A stretch of DNA of 64,000 nt. Origin: the human T2T-CHM13v2.0 reference genome, Homo sapiens. Each line of letters starts with the position of its first letter. Positions within the stretch are counted from its first letter, which is position 1. Shown here piece by piece: positions 1-15,068 of the stretch. A program made the position numbers and the translations under genes. The notes beneath the pieces are model-generated. The model worked only from the letters and a program-made list of their open reading frames with translations. It ran no database searches and was not told the origin of the DNA. The stretch is from assembly GCF_009914755.1 (NCBI RefSeq), contig NC_060933.1; one strand, 5' to 3'.

Positions 1-1225
1 TGTCCATGTTGGCATTCATTAAAGTTTCCTTTTCTTCTGGGTTGAATGAACAGAAAAAGGTTTTCATGAGAATTTTGGTTGTTATTATTATATATTAAGA
101 TTTTCTCTCTTGCTCAGTTTAGAGGTGGGGAAAATTAAATGCAGCTTAATAAAACTTACAAATATTTTTGAGCCAGATCCATCAAATTCGCTGAAATCAG
201 ACTCAAAGACATCAAATTGGTTTGACCATGTTTTTCTTCCTCTGGCCAAAGTGTCAATATTTCAATCCAACAGAAACCTGACTGATTTATGAATGTGTAT
301 TATTGGCAAGGGGATAGGCATGGTGGCTAAACTATCAACACAAAGACAATTTCAATGAAGCATTTAAACCTAAGCATCTCTGATTTGGATAGAGAAATGG
401 GTTCTCATTCTTGACTCTACAATATATTGTTTGTATAATCAACCTGTTTTAGGACACAAACTTTCCTCCACAAAATCTTTTGTTCCCCAGGAAAACAATT
501 TTTGCTGTCAGATAAATCAGTGATAAAAGAAGACATATTTTAGCAAAACATTTGTTTTATAGATTTCATGTTTACATATCCAGAAACATGATTACTTTTT
601 TATTGTCACAAATACTTTTTTTCTCATTTAAAACAAAACAAAACTTTCAGCTGTGCTGCTCATAAGAAAGTAAATGAAAATATTTGAAAGATAAAGTAGT
701 CACTTTCTCATTATTAGATAGGCTAAGACACCATGAAATATTAAAGTTATTAGCAGAGTAGAATCCTAACCTAGCTCATCTAGGTTTATGATTTTAATTA
801 ACCAACTTTGCTCTTTCCGAAGTAATACAAATCAAAGATGCCAAAATCACTTCATAAGAAGAAGGAAACATTATTCCTAAATTATTAAGGAAAGCCAAGA
901 GAAACTGCCTATGGACAATTGGCTTAATCTAAGAGTTCATCGTTTTCTGCCTGAAGTTTCACTGAGCAGATGTTCCATTTTTCTTATCTTTTTGAAATAT
1001 GACTTAAAAAAACACCTAGGGGAAAATTTTAAATTTCATGAAGGATGATGGTTTTTGTCCCGTTTTATACCTTTTATGTGCTACTATGTAAAATGAGAAT
1101 ATTAATAATGGCTGCCGTAGTGTTACTATGATCAAGCAACCAACAAGGCACCTGGCATAGATACGTTAAAAAATGTTTGTTATTATTCTTATTAAACTAT
1201 TTTTCATAGTCTAAATATTAACTAA

Positions 1226-1561
<336 letters not shown>

Positions 1562-4074
1562 ATAAATGGATTTTTTTACCTTTGAAGATACACATGCCTG
1601 TATGTATATATATCTGTATCTACATATGCAAACATACACATATATGTATATATTTTTTAAAGGAAGTCTTTTTATTGTTGCTGCCGCTAAGCAATGGTTT
1701 CAGTGAAATTCAAATACAGAGAAAGCAACTTACTTATCTGCACAGAGACCAGAGGTAGATGAAAAAACAGTTCTTGTCCTCTCAGAGGAGACTGAGTGAG
1801 GCCTCTGGACTCGGCCTCTATTGCGCCCCAATCATTTCACAAGTAAAAGGAACCTTCAGTGTGAGAATGGACAGACAGGTAGTACAGAGGCTATTTTATT
1901 ATAATAAATGGAAAGCCCTGTTGGAGTAAGCTACACGCTGCCAGACATCATTTTCTCATGACTGCATAATCTTTCATAGCATTGTTTAAGGATTATTGTT
2001 TTAAGCCCCCCATGGAATCTTGTGGAGACTGGGGTATGTGGATTCACAACAACAACAAGAAAACCAAAGCTCTAGATTTAAGAATTGCCAGAAGGCCATT
2101 CATTAGAAGCCTGGACAATATCAGAGTTCTTGAAATATGGTTACTAAAGACTTCACTAGATAAAGGATTTCTTTTTCCTCAGGTTTGCATGTTTCATATT
2201 TTCTTTCATACACGTTTCCCGTCAGACTTTCCAGTTATGAGTTTGCACCCCCATCCCTTGCCTATTGAAAATCCACAAACTGTGGGGCATAGAAACTGTT
2301 TGGAAGGAGGTTAGAGAAAAAACTCACTTCTCTAATCACGCAGCAGAAGTGGCTTCTGCAGATTCTGAAAGAAAAGACTAATCTCACTGCTCCTCCTTCA
2401 CAGTCTTTACTCGTGGAGCCTGTGGTTTAATAGAGGGAGAACTCAGTGTCATAACCTCATTTTTTGCTATGCTAAGATTTGTTTATACAGGAAGGGTGGG
2501 ACTTCTGTTGAACCAAGAAAATCTCTCAAATGAAAGAGAAACCACAGCAGTGCCTATCTTGCACCTACTACATATTCAGTATTTATTGAATAATAAGTAA
2601 TGAATGATTCATAGTGTCTTGCCTCAGCTTTTTCTCTGAGCCTTAGGTTTCTCTTCTATATGTGGTTTGGAGCAGATAAGGGCTATATACAATTTTTGGG
2701 GATGAGAATGTTCTTCTCAGCTCCTGTCCCACATGTCAGCTGATTGGCTAAGCCATCATCCCCCCACCAGGACGTATTCAAACTTGGCACTGAATATTCA
2801 ATCTTTACAATACAGTGACATTCCTCTGGGTATCTGTGTTCACACAGGAGCCTAGCCAGTTGCTAGGAAGGCAATGGTTGCCCACACTGAGGAAGGAGGA
2901 AGAGTGAAAAGAGACTATGGGAGCATGTTTATTCTCCCCGAGGGAAAGGTCTTTGAGAAGCCAGGCAACGTGTAGGGCCTTAGTCCAGAGAGCTGTGACT
3001 CGGCAAAGGGCTCAAGTCCCAGCAGGAAGCTGAGGCAGAAGGCCAGGCCATGTGGACCAGGCCCAGAATGCGGAGGGAAGAAGAGGACTACCATTTGGTC
3101 AGGCCCCAGGTGCCCAGCACTCACACCAGGTGTACCAGGTTCTGAATTTATAGCTAAACAGCTATTTTCAGACCCCTCCTGCTAGTAAAGGCATGCCTCC
3201 CTGCATACTGCCTGCTTTTAGGTTTAGGAAGTAGGTGGAGTTTTCTGCAGGTGGAAAAGCACAGCTGAAAAGGGAGGGAGAAAACAGCTCTGACAGACAC
3301 AGAACAGTATCCTTTCTGTGGTGCTAATTTGAAGAATTCTTTCAGTAACGTTGATTTGAGGGTGGTTGCATAGCCAGAGAGATGAAGGTGAAATGGATGT
3401 TTTCTTTAGTCTGGATAACAGCACAGGCTACGCTGCTGAGTCTTACAAAATCACCTGCTGAGGGATTCATGTCAATGTGTCCCATTCCTCCCCCTCCTCC
3501 TCAAAAAAAAAAAAAATACGTATATATATATAGAGAGAGAGAGTACAGAGTACAGCAGGTTATTTTAAAATATTATTTCTGGCCAAAGACATGCCCAGAG
3601 AGTCTAGAAGAATGATCACCTGGCAGGCAGTTATAGCAAATCACATGTTAGTTTCATGGAACCTCAAGTCTAGCTGGATCCAGCTGGACAAAGTACAACA
3701 AATGAATAAACATATAAAAATAAAATGAGATTTAAAAACTTCAACATTAGCGTCTATCATTGGACATTTGTGTGACCTCAAATCTCAACCAAAGTAAAAA
3801 GCCCAAGCATTCCAATGCAACTAGGGAAATTTTTCCATGGTGTAAGGGCCATTCAAGGTCCAAGACTAGTCACCTTATACTTTGGCTCAACTCCTAAGAA
3901 TCCAAATCCCAGAGGCCTGGGCTACATGTGGCAGGTCAGGACATTCCCAGTAAGGGCCTTCAGGACCTTTCTCAGGCTGAGAACCTAACTCAATGGAGTC
4001 AATACATACAGACACAAAGGTATCTTTGAAGTTTGTATTTTATTTGATTTCCAGCTGTTGCAAAAAGGTGTTTT

Positions 4075-4151
4075 TAGTCTCCAAATATAGTCACATTGCA
4101 GGGTTATAGTTTCAATCTATGAATTTTGGAGGACACAGTTCAGCCCATAAC
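4075..4151 (-). mobile_element. MLT1A/B-like MaLR LTR terminal fragment
   Basis: CCAAATATAGTCACATTG...TATGAATTTTGGAGGACACAGTTCAGCCCATAAC resembles the reverse complement of the MLT1 LTR 5' end. Confidence 0.6.
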
Positions 4152-5737
4152 TCTCTTTAAATTATTTTGGTTTTGCAAAAGCAAGTGGGAGATGATAGCT
4201 GTGGAAACTAGAACTTAATTCTAATGCAATAAGTTCCCAAATGGAACTTGAGGACTGAAAATAGTAAAGACTTATGTGTACCTTTATATTTTTCCTCAAA
4301 ACACCTTCCTATGAATGTTGTTTTATAAAAAAATTCGTGAAAACCATGAGAGGTAAATTAGAAAAATATTATTATCCCTGTTTGGCAGGCAAGAAACCTG
4401 AGGGGGTGATAGGGGATGTGTAAAATGACTTGCCTAAAGTGAGTCTGAGAGCTCAGAGGTGCTGGGATCACCATGCAGACCCTTCTGTAGCTTTCCATGG
4501 CCTTGTCTCCATCACTTGTCTTTCCTTTGCAAGCTGCCTGTAAAATATTTTTCAGATGTCCCACAATGACGCAACAGGACAAATATCTATAGCACTCCCA
4601 GACACCAGAAGTTATTATAAATGAGTAATATGAAATCATGCCCCAAAAGGTTGAGGCTCTGTAAGTTATTTCACTCTTGCTATAATTTCATTCTCAAAAT
4701 ATTTTCTGGGCACCGTTCCTCAAGTAAATGGAAGAAAAATACCCTGGAGGAAGATAAAAACTTTAGTGTGAAATCTATTGTATTTTTTTTTTAAATGAGC
4801 AAAGTTCAGACAGAAACAGGAAAATTGAGCACCTGATGTGAAGAGGGAAGGTTTCTTATATGAAGTCTTTAGGTGATCCGGAAGAATATGCCAGTAGGAT
4901 CTGGTTTGGAATATTCCCAAGGGCAAGGTGCAGCCTCTCTGAGATTTTATGGGTAATGCATTCGTGAAAACACCTGCCTTGTCCTTCAGAGTTTTCTCTA
5001 AGCTCAGATCAGCCTCACTGGTTCATCCTTCCTCTTACTCCTCCCGTTTAGGCTGATTAAGGAGCTGCTTCCTTGATCATCAACCCCCGGCTCTTCTGGA
5101 TAAACACACGTAGATTCCAGAAAAGAAAAACCAGAGAGATAAACCAGTGGTTCTCTGATGCTTGTGGCAGGGGCAGCAGGAGGTTTCTTCTAGGTGCCAG
5201 TCCCACATTCTAGTGATCCTATATCATAGCCCTGCGGATTCTGCTCCACAACAATGGGCTGACTTTTATTCTTTTTGCAATAGGCTCTTCTCCTATGACC
5301 TTTTGTTTGCTTTGCTTTTCTTTGCTTTTATTCTTTTTCTGTCAATAAGAATATGTGACAAACTTCCAGTTTAGAAATAATTTACCAGCCTGAGCATAAG
5401 GGGTATTATCACACACAAGATTGTGTTGTTATATTGAAGAGAACTGCATGCTGTGGTGTTCTCGGTTCGGCCCTATGTTATATGGCTATATTCTATAGAT
5501 TTGTTCTGAGTGGAAAAATCGGTGGAGGGGGGGTTGAGCTATATTATTAATCCATAGTCATAGTATTCTTCGAATAATAGCATTCCCCAGACCTGCCACA
5601 TCTTCGGCAATTACATTTAGTGTCAATTGCTACTCTACCTGTAGGCCTCCTCAAAAATGGCCCACCTATATGACTTAGCTAAGGGCCATACATAACAGAG
5701 CTCAGGGAAAATGAGCTGATTGAAAAATAAAAGCTGT

Positions 5738-5935
5738 TATTTACTGAGCATCTGCTAGGGGCCAGGTCTCTAGTTAACTATTTTACATTCATTATCTCAG
5801 TTCGTGCTGACATCCATTCCGTCAGGTGTACACCGTCATCTCTGTTTCACCAAAGAGAAAACTGAAACTCAGAAATACCAAGCATTTTCTCATGATTACT
5901 CAGTGGCAGAGCTAGAACTGGAACCCAGGACTTTG
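5738..5935 (-). mobile_element. MIR SINE
   Basis: ATTTACTGAGCATCTGCT...GAGAAAACTGAAACTCAGA...GTGGCAGAGCTAGAACTGGAACCCAGG; antisense MIR core. Confidence 0.75.
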
Positions 5936-7249
5936 TCAACACCTATCATCTAGACCAGACATTGCACTCCTGCTCCCGGAAGGGCTTTGTTACCATCCAG
6001 TTGCAGCATTTACTGGCCTATGGTCATTCTATCAAGTGGAATCTTAACACCTCAACAGTTTGAGGCGAGCAGTTTGTTTATACCAACTTGACCAATTGCC
6101 TTTGAAATACCTGTAATCTTTCTTTATCAATCCTATGATGTTAAATGAAGTAATTAGTCTGTTGCTTTGAAAAGCAAGTCGTGATTAAAATTTCAGAGAG
6201 CTGTATAATACAGTGGTGCTCTATGTTATTCTTATCCGAGAGCATGTGATCAGTAGGGAATGGGTGTCCTGGAATTGCAGATAAACTGTGATTCTGACAG
6301 CAGAACTGAAGCCCATTATCAACTCAGAGAAAATTCACTGTTCATTACCAGAAAGATTACAGATTGATTCTATGTGTCCTACAACCTACGCTTTTTAACA
6401 TTTTAAAATAACTTGTTACACAAACACATAACAATATCGATGGGATACAAAAGAAAGGGGAGAAAATTACCCACGATCCTGACACATTTTTTAAAAATCT
6501 ATTTTCATTTCTCTTTATTCCCTTCTAGTCCTGCTCTCTCTACATAATTTTTACAGTGTTCAAACCTACCAGAGGTATTATTTTGTATTCTATTCATCTT
6601 CTTTCAATAAACATTAGAGCAGAAGCTTTTCCCACATTTTCGGACTCTTCAAGTACTGCAGCTGTGGAAGGGCAGTGCCCACTTCCAGCTGAGGCCAGGC
6701 TGTGGGCAGCTTTCCAGCCCAGGAGGGCAAATAGAAGCGGCTCCTGAGAGAAGCGTTTGCTTCTTTTGCTCCCTATTATATTTTGATAAATCCATGTTGA
6801 GAAATGTGGCTATAGTTCATTCCCTTTAACTGCAGGGAAGTATTTCACAGTATGAATATACCACAGTTCACTCATATCCAGGGAAGAATCTGAGCAGATG
6901 GTTAGACATGGGTCTGCCCAAGGAAATGATTCTGTACTCAAAATCTGGATTAAGGGTCAGCTGCTGAAACCTGAAAGCCTTGTAGAAGAATATTGCTGTA
7001 GAGGTGAGGAGAGAAACAAAGGAAGTGCCCAGTAAGCAAGCCAGGTTGGAAACCAAAGATGGATGCTGGGGGAAGGAGGATGTGTTTTAACAGGAGGGTT
7101 CCAGTTAGAGTTGGGAGAGAGGAAGTAAGTGCAGTGATTTCTTAGCCTTGAGGTCCAGGCAAATCATCACTAGCTAGGACAGTCATATTTTATTGCTTTA
7201 TTTATATTTGGTTCCACAAAACTCACTGTACCTTTGTTTCTTGTTTTTT

Positions 7250-9630
7250 TAATTTTTAATTTTTCAAAAACAAGGAACAAAGGTAAAGGTTGCAAAATAT
7301 TAAGAACATTCAGAGTTATAGAGGATAGCGTAATAAACACTCATGCACTCACCACGCGGCCTGATCATATGTTAAAATGTTGCTATATTTGCCTCAGATA
7401 TTTGTAAGCACTAAAACATTGGAGAGAGAGTTTAATCCACCTGTGTTGCTCTTCTCCAACCAAATTTTCATTCCTTTTATGTAGAAGTAACTGCTATTCT
7501 GAAGTTGCTATCTTTCGCTTGCATGCTTTTAGAACATAGCATGTGTGTATCTAACTAATATCCTTTTACAAATTTCATGCTATATACAAATAATATAGTG
7601 TTTGTGTCATTCTGCAGCTTACTTATCTATAGTTCACTCATTTTAACTGTTGCACATTATTTTGTTGTATGAACATACCAGACTATTTTCCTTTAGATGG
7701 ACAGTTATGTTGTTTTTAGGCTTTGCTATGTTTAAAATGTTATAGTTAACATTCTTGGGTATGTTTCATTGTATATGTCAACACTGATGGGTTGAAGCAG
7801 CTACTTGGTGATATCAAATTGCCCTCCAAAGTGTTTATTTCACCACGTTCTCATTAATGCTTGGCATTGGCAAATTTTTACATCTTTGTTGATATGATTG
7901 ATGTGAAGTGGTATCTCATTTTGGTTTATTAACATTTCCTTGTTTAGTAATGAGGTTGAGCATCTTTTTATAAGTTTATTATCAATTCTGATTCTTCTTC
8001 TGTGGTGTCTCTGTTTATATCCTTTTCCTTCTTTTCCATCAGGTTGTTCAATGTTTTCATAATTACTAATAGGAGTTCTTAAATCTGAATATTAATCTTT
8101 ATCAGTGATAAGAGTTGCAAGTATCTCTTTTAGGTCTGTTCTTTGTCTTTTAATCTTATATACAGAGACTTTGAACAGAAATTCTGATGTTTTTGACTTT
8201 AGCAGTATTTTTTTAAAAAATCATTATTGTGTTTTAATGACTAGTCTAAGAATTTTTTCTCTACCCTGACATAAGAAAAAAATGTTTAAAAGAATTTGTA
8301 AGAGTTTAAAGTGTTCGCTTTTTTACATTTAGATTTTTAATCCACTTGAAACTTTGTTTTGTATATAGTGTGAAATAGCCATCTGATCTTATTTGATTTT
8401 TTCATGTAGATTGTCAATTTCACCCATCAATTTCTCTCTGATATGTGAGGCCACCTTTGTCAAATAGTAGGTTTTCCTTTAGGAATAGATCTGTATGAGG
8501 GCTCTCTAATCCGTTCTACTGGTCCACTGTCTATTTGTGCTCCAATACAGCCTGTCTTCATCACTAGAGCTTTATAATAAGCCTTGGTACAAAGTCTCCC
8601 AAACTCATTTCTCAAAATTATCTTAGTTTTTATTTACTTTTTTGTCTTTTTTTCTTTCATATTAGTTTAGGGTCACATGAACACAAAGCTTGCCTACTTT
8701 TTTTTTCCAATTCTCATACCACATACTTCTTTGTCTTACTGAATTTCCCAGGATCTCCTGTATAATATTGAATAAAATTGTCAGTAGTGAACATCCTCAT
8801 GTTGGGACTGCTTCTAGAGTTTCAACATTGAGTATGGAATTTGTAAGTTTTTAGTGAACGGTATTCATCAGGCTAAAGAAATCCTCTTCTATAGTGTTTT
8901 CTTAGAATTTTTTTAAAAATCAAGCACAGATGTTGAATTGTATTGAATGTCATTTTTTGATTTATTATAATGATATGAAATTTTCCCTTTAATTTCTATT
9001 CATAGGTTTTATAAAGCTGTATTATATTTTCATGATTAATAAAAATTCATGGTTGATAATGTTATAGTGCTTGTTTAATAAACTGCCGAATTATATTTGC
9101 TAGTATTTTAATTAAGTTTTTGTTTATAATTGAGGTTGATCTTGAATTTTGCTTGTTGGTTGAATTTTTAAAATTTTGTTTTTCTTATACTGTATATATC
9201 TAGTTTGTTATATAAGTTATATTTGCAATATAAAACAAGTTGGGTAGCATTTTTTTCCAAATTGAATACAATTTTATAGGTTTAAGATTGAATTAAGGAA
9301 TATTTATTAAGGCATTACTAAAACCTTTTAGGAAAATAATAAATAATCATCTGGTCCTGGAATGATTTGAATTAGGATTTTTTTATTACTGATTTCAATT
9401 TTAATAATGGTTATTAATTTGCAGAATTTTTCTTGAGTCATTTTTAAACAATATTTCTAGAAAGTAACTCCAAAATTTTAGGAAGTCCATCTTGGCCTTC
9501 AAGATTTTTAGAATAAAATTGTTATAGTATTCTCCTATCATAATTATAGGTATTTATTTTTCATTCAAGTCAAAGATTATTTGTTTGTGACTTTTCTTTA
9601 GTTCTTGATCACTTTTGCCAAAGATTTTCT
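7250..9630 (-). mobile_element. Ancient L1ME-type LINE (3' UTR plus part of ORF2), heavily decayed
   Basis: T-rich antisense L1 motifs: GTGAAGTGGTATCTCATT, AATGAGGTTGAGCATCTTTT, TAATCCACTTGAA...TTTTGTATATAGTGTGA, ATTGAATAAAATTGTCAGTAGTGAACATCCT. Boundaries approximate. Confidence 0.8.
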
Positions 9631-9807
9631 CTGTCGTGTCAGAAATGTTTCAATGCCACCTCTCACATTGAATCAGTTTGCTGTTTTACCATGAATACTA
9701 CAGGTGGTTACTAGGTAATACATTTTTCAAAAGGAATTATTGGGTCAAATATTTCAGTGTTTAATATTAATTATCAAAAGGAGCATTTTATGGGTCATAT
9801 TTCCCAT

Positions 9808-10179
9808 TGATATGGTTTGGCTGTGTCCCCACCCAAATCTCATCTTGAATTGTAGCTTCCATAATTCCCACGTCATGGGAGGGACCCAGTGGGAGGTAAT
9901 TTAATCATGGGAATGGTTACCTGCATGCTGTTCTCATGATAGTGAGTGAGTTCTCATGAAATCTAATGGTTTTATAAGCATCTGGCATTTCCCCTTCTGG
10001 CAATTCTCCTTGCTGCCACGATGTGAAGAAGGACATGTTTGCTTCCTCTTCCTCCATGATTGTGAGTTTCCTGAGGCCTCCCCAGCCATGCTGAAATGTG
10101 AGTCAATTAAACCTCTTTCCTTTATAAATTACCCAGTCTCAGGTATGTCTTTATTAGCAGCATGAGTACAGACTAATAA
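9808..10179 (+). mobile_element. THE1D-like MaLR solo LTR
   Basis: Begins TGATATGGTTTGGCTGTGTCCCCACCCAAATCTC and ends ...CAGACTAATAA. Perfect 5-bp TSD CCCAT (9803-9807 / 10180-10184). Confidence 0.93.
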
Positions 10180-12057
10180 CCCATACATATTTCATGATGG
10201 AAAACATTACTTTAAAGACCATTTTATGTGGCTAGCATTCCACAGAAACATTGGGAAAGTCTTGTTTTGTCTAAATCATTTTATAAATGAGTAAACTCAT
10301 GTAGACTCCAATAAATCAAATCCTTTGATTAAGGCCATCATATTGTATCTCTCCTTCACTAATGCACTAGGCTCACAAAAATGGGTGAATCAATGCAACA
10401 TTCGCAATCTGTGAAACAGATAATTGACTGGTATTTTCTTATTCTTTATAAAATATTAAGAAAAATCATTGTCGAAATTCAGCTCTTTAAAAGTACTGGA
10501 TTGTAATAATTTAGATGAGAAGAAACTTTATAATTTAACATGACCTAGAAATGACAAAATTAACTCCACTCATTACTTATAAGGGAGATTCTTAATACTG
10601 GAGTGGGGAAGGGTAATCCCTGAATTATATTTGTCTTATCACTTATCACCCCTGCATCATTACTAGAATGTCATCATTTCTATTAATAAGGCATCATATC
10701 ATAAATATGTTGAGGCCAAAAAATATTCATTACAAATCACAGATATTAATGAAACAAGGATAATGGAGGAGATAATATCCAAAATAGAATGTACAATAAT
10801 AATAAAAAAGATTCCTAATATTGAGTCAAAATATACCATTTTATATACATCATTGCTTGTATTAAATTAACATTTTAAAAATCCACATTTTTTATAAAAT
10901 CTGCACAAGGATGCCAAACAATAAATAACTTGCTAAAAGACTAATAGACCACCTATTTAGAGACATAGAAAGATGCCCAATAAAAAAGTCTACATAATCA
11001 GCAAGAAAATGACAGTATTTTATATAAAATGCAATAACTTCCTCTGTTTCTGTAGAAAACCTGTGTGGGAATAATGTCTGGTCTTATGTCTTTCTTTATT
11101 CCTGCTTCAGACTCTACCAAGCCTGCTTTTACTTCCAAGATTTTTATGTCAAATAAGAATATCATTATCCATCAACATCCATGATAGAAATGGCCTGTTT
11201 TTATACAAAAACTTTGAAAGAAGATTAAAATTATTATTCTATTTGAAACACAACTCTGGCACTTCCAGAGAGACCATCATAATATAGGTGATATAACAAA
11301 TACCAGCAAAATAGGAAACGAGCAGAAAAAGTTATTACCACAAGTAACATGTTTCAGCAAAGGTGTTGAGATGTTCTTGGAAAAGAGCCTTTACTCTTGT
11401 CACCTTTGGAACTAGTCCAACTGCCAGAAGCCTACGATCATAGAAATAAAACCACTCAGAAAAGAGTAGACATGTTCTATTTTGTATTTAGATATCAAAG
11501 ACCATTATTACCAAACCAAATTGGCATGCACAGTCTGATAAATATAAATGAACTCAAGGGCCCTACATGAAAATATTTGAAGCTGAAACCAACCTGAAGA
11601 AGCAAGTATCTTTAAATACCCTGGCTAAAGTATAGCTTTATTGAGTTCCATTTCCTTTGTTCACTTAGTTGTGAACTTTTAACTGATTCACTATCCTTGA
11701 TTTAATTGGTGAGCCCTTTAGTAAAGTGTCTTACTTTTAACAGCCTATAAAGTACTTTGCAAACTTACATAAGGAAAAGATTATACCTTCATGTTTTGTG
11801 GGAGGTTAAACTGAGGGCCATTTTTCAATATGTCCTAAGTGCCCCCTCCTCCACCCTGTGGCTAATTAATGAAAACAGTCATGTTGGGGGGTATTGCCAA
11901 ATAAATACCAAATGAACTTGAAAAAATAAACAAATAGTTATTGGACAATGTTAACTTAACAACATGGACACAATGAAGATCCATCTGTTCCAGAATGATA
12001 ATAGTTGAAAACACCAACATAAAAAAGTGGAGTAGCATACTGTCTGGGGTCATTATT

Positions 12058-12677
12058 TCTTTTATTTATTTATTTATTTTATTTTTCTTAATTATGATTT
12101 AAGTTCTGGGATACATGTGCAGAACGTGCAGATTTGTTACATAGGTATACACGTGCCATGGTGGTTTGCTGAACCCATCAACCCGTCATCTACATTAGGT
12201 ATTTCTCCTAATGCAATCCCTCCCCTAGGCCCCCACCCCCTGACAGGCCCCATTGTGTGATGTTCCCCTCTCTGTGTCCATGTGTTCACATTGTTCAACT
12301 CCCACTTATGAGTAAGAACAGGCGATATTTGCTTTTCTGTTCCTGTGTTAGTTTGCTGAGAATGATGGTGTCCAGCTTCATCCATGTCCCTGCAAAGGAC
12401 ATGAACTCATCCTTTGTTATGGCTGCACAGTATTCCATGGTGTATATGTGCCACATTTCCTGTATCCAATCTATCATTGATAGGTATTTGGGTTGGTTCC
12501 AAGTCTTTACTATTGTGAATAATGCTGCAATAAACATATGTGTGCATGTGTCTTTATAGTAGAACGATTTATAATCCTTTGGGTATATACCCAGTGATGG
12601 GATTGCTGGGCTAAATGGTACTCTGGTTCTAGATCCTTGAGGAGTTGTCACATTGTCTTCCACAGTGGTTGAACTAA
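12058..12677 (-). mobile_element. L1PA (about PA7-PA8) 5'-truncated 3' end
   Basis: T-rich tail, then TTTAAGTTCTGGGATACATGTGCAGAACGTGCAG.... ORF 12295-12696(-) translates to the L1 ORF2p C-terminus (PAIPSLGIYPKDYKSFYYKDTCTHMFIAALFTI). Confidence 0.93.
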
Positions 12678-13519
12678 CCATTGCTTTTATTTTCATTTTT
12701 AAATTTAAAAAATTGAATTATAAAAATGTAAGAAGAGTAATATTTTCATCTAGAAATAAGTTAAAATTTTACTTCTATGTACTTCTAGCTTTTTTTTAAA
12801 GAAAGAAAGCACTATGAATACAATGAAAATCCATTTTACTACTTTCTTCTCAACTCCTACCTCCCAGTCAGCATTGCTTTTCTCTTGCCCTTTTTACTGG
12901 CTTCTTCTACTAGACGCTGAGGGGCACAGGATGGAGTGTGTATGGGAAAGCTTTCTCTGATGGGTTCATAATGAAAGACATTTTATAAGAGTTGAGTTAG
13001 AGAAGGGATTTGAAAAGAGAAGAGATGCAGGTGGTAGGATTTGGAGTTACCTGAAAGGGGAGTGAACCTTTCTACAAATGAAGCAGGTTTTCTTTTGCTT
13101 CCTTTTATGCTTTCCTATTTTTATGTTATCATTCCCCAAGGCTCTAAGTCACGCATGTGCTTCTTTAAATAAATCTCACAAGATAAAAGCCAAGTGCATC
13201 AAAATCACCAGGCATTGATGCCTGTCTGTAAAATAAAATCACACACTAATCATGGAGTATAGATTCGCTTTCTTCCCTAAGGCAAGACGTTCCCTGGCAC
13301 CTGTGGAGGTGAGCCCCAGCATGAATGATCTGTTTTTGACAGTCTTTTCATACATGAAAGCTCATTGACAACTCACCTAGGCACACAATTTAACAATCCC
13401 AACTAGCATTTGTGTTTGCTGTGAAATTATGCATCCAGAAAACCAGGAAGTACTTCTTCAGCCATGCCCATCTGTTGCTGCCTTGAAAAGTCTAACTTGG
13501 CCATCAAATTTAATTTAAT

Positions 13520-13707
13520 AGTGCTGGCTGGCTACATGTGGGTATTTAAGTTAAAATTAATTAAGATTAAAAACCCAGTTTCTCAAGCACACAAGTGACA
13601 TTTCAAGTGCTCATTAGTCGTACCTGACTAGAAGCTACCATACTGGAGAATTCTCAACAGATACAGAACATTTATATTATTGCAGAAAACTCTATTGGGC
13701 AGTGCTG
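13520..13707 (-). mobile_element. MER3 (hAT-Charlie) DNA transposon
   Basis: CACAAGTGACATTTCAAGTGCTC...AGAAAACTCTATTGGGCAGTGCTG matches the MER3 terminus in reverse. Confidence 0.8.
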
Positions 13708-14014
13708 GTTCAGGATGCAATATCTTGTAACATTATTTTCCATGTGATTAAGAGTCCCTCACATGCATAGTTCTCCTTGAATGTTGGTGGATTAGGGTGA
13801 AAACTATCTTTCTAAACTTTGGGGCTTTCTTCCTTCCCCATTGCTTATAGCCAAGCAAAAAATGTGGGTGACAATAAGGAAAATACTATAGTTCTTTGCT
13901 GCTAAATGTATCTGGCGCCCTTACACCGAAACTATTACTTACCTAAGAAAAGAAATGTAGAAAAAAACTGGCACAATACTTGGCACACAGTAGGTTCTAA
14001 ACAAGGTTAGCACC

Positions 14015-14620
14015 TGTATCTAGCAGGGCTGAGGTAGGTGACAGAATCCACACCAGTTATAAGGACATAGATAATTTAATATAAATATTTGTTAACAAGC
14101 TGTTAAGTTGTTCAGTCAAGTAACTAAGGTATCATGAAAATAGCAACTACAGGAAGTAGTTTCTATTCTTAGAATTGGGAGAACAGTGATAGAGATTGGA
14201 ATTATTAATCTTAGAAACTCAGAGGAAGGTCCATGCTTAGCTGTAACTCAGACCTCTGAAGAAGAGGTTCTGTTCTGTTGAAACTGGTGTCTCTTGCAAG
14301 CATTAGAGAAACTGCAACTTGAATTCAGCTGCTGCAGTGGGGAGGAACTGCTGCAGCCATTGTGAAGAAGCATTGCTAGGGTGATGCTCACAAGAAGCTG
14401 GCACGAGACAAGACCACAGGGAATAAATGGAAAGGAGACAGTTTCTTTTGCCTCTTCCAGCTTTGTAGGCCCTCTCTCACATCCTCTAATGGCAGAGCCT
14501 AACCAGGGAGCAGGTAGTACAGCTGAAATGGTGTTTGCAGAGTTCTAGCCCCGGGATTAAAAAATCTAGTATAGAAAGTTGGGCTTGAAGCTGAGAGATA
14601 TTAACTTGAGGGCAGGCACA
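14015..14620 (-). mobile_element. ERVL solo LTR, LTR33/LTR41 group
   Basis: Reverse complement starts TGTGCC...CTCTCAGCTTCAAGCCCAACTTTCTATAC...GGGGCTAGAACTCTGCAAAC; TG...CA termini. Confidence 0.65.
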
Positions 14621-14749
14621 GGCCTTATAAACTCTTAAAATATTTTCCTTGGCTAAAGGTGGGACTTCTCCTTTTCACATATCCATCTCAGTCTCTTATT
14701 TTTTTTTTTATTTCAAGCTGCTGTTAATGATGGTTAAAACCTACTTATC

Positions 14750-15036
14750 ACAGACTAACATACAAAAATCAGTTGTATTTCCATATGTATGCAATGAGTA
14801 TTTGCATTTACATTCAATTTACAATAGTATTAAAAATGATAAAACACTTAGGATTAAATTTAACCAAGAAAGTGCAAGACTTTTATACTGAAAAACTACA
14901 AAACAATGTTAAAAGAAATAAAAAAATTAATAAATGAAAGATATCCGTGATCATGGGTTATTAGACAATATTTTTAAGATGGAAATATTGCTGAAACAAT
15001 ATATAGATTCAATAAAATCTTTACCAAATTCGAACA

Positions 15037-15068
<32 letters not shown>

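Noticed and set aside
180-292. CATCAAATT twice plus TGATTTATGA (TCF-like and PBX-HOX-like motifs)
   Set aside because: The TCF sites lack the terminal G, and short AT-rich motifs are expected by chance here.
4556-4660. Possible exon (TTTTCAG|...CT|GTAAGT)
   Set aside because: All three frames contain stops, the donor context is weak, and such site pairs are common by chance. A non-coding exon cannot be excluded without RNA data.
12137-12696. ORFs resembling real protein
   Set aside because: They are the L1 ORF2p C-terminus and 3' UTR of a truncated L1PA, not a host gene.
14474-14499. CTCF site expected in LTR33/LTR41-type LTRs
   Set aside because: The core has decayed (CACATCCTCTAATGG versus the recalled GCGCCCCCTATTGG) and is unlikely to bind.
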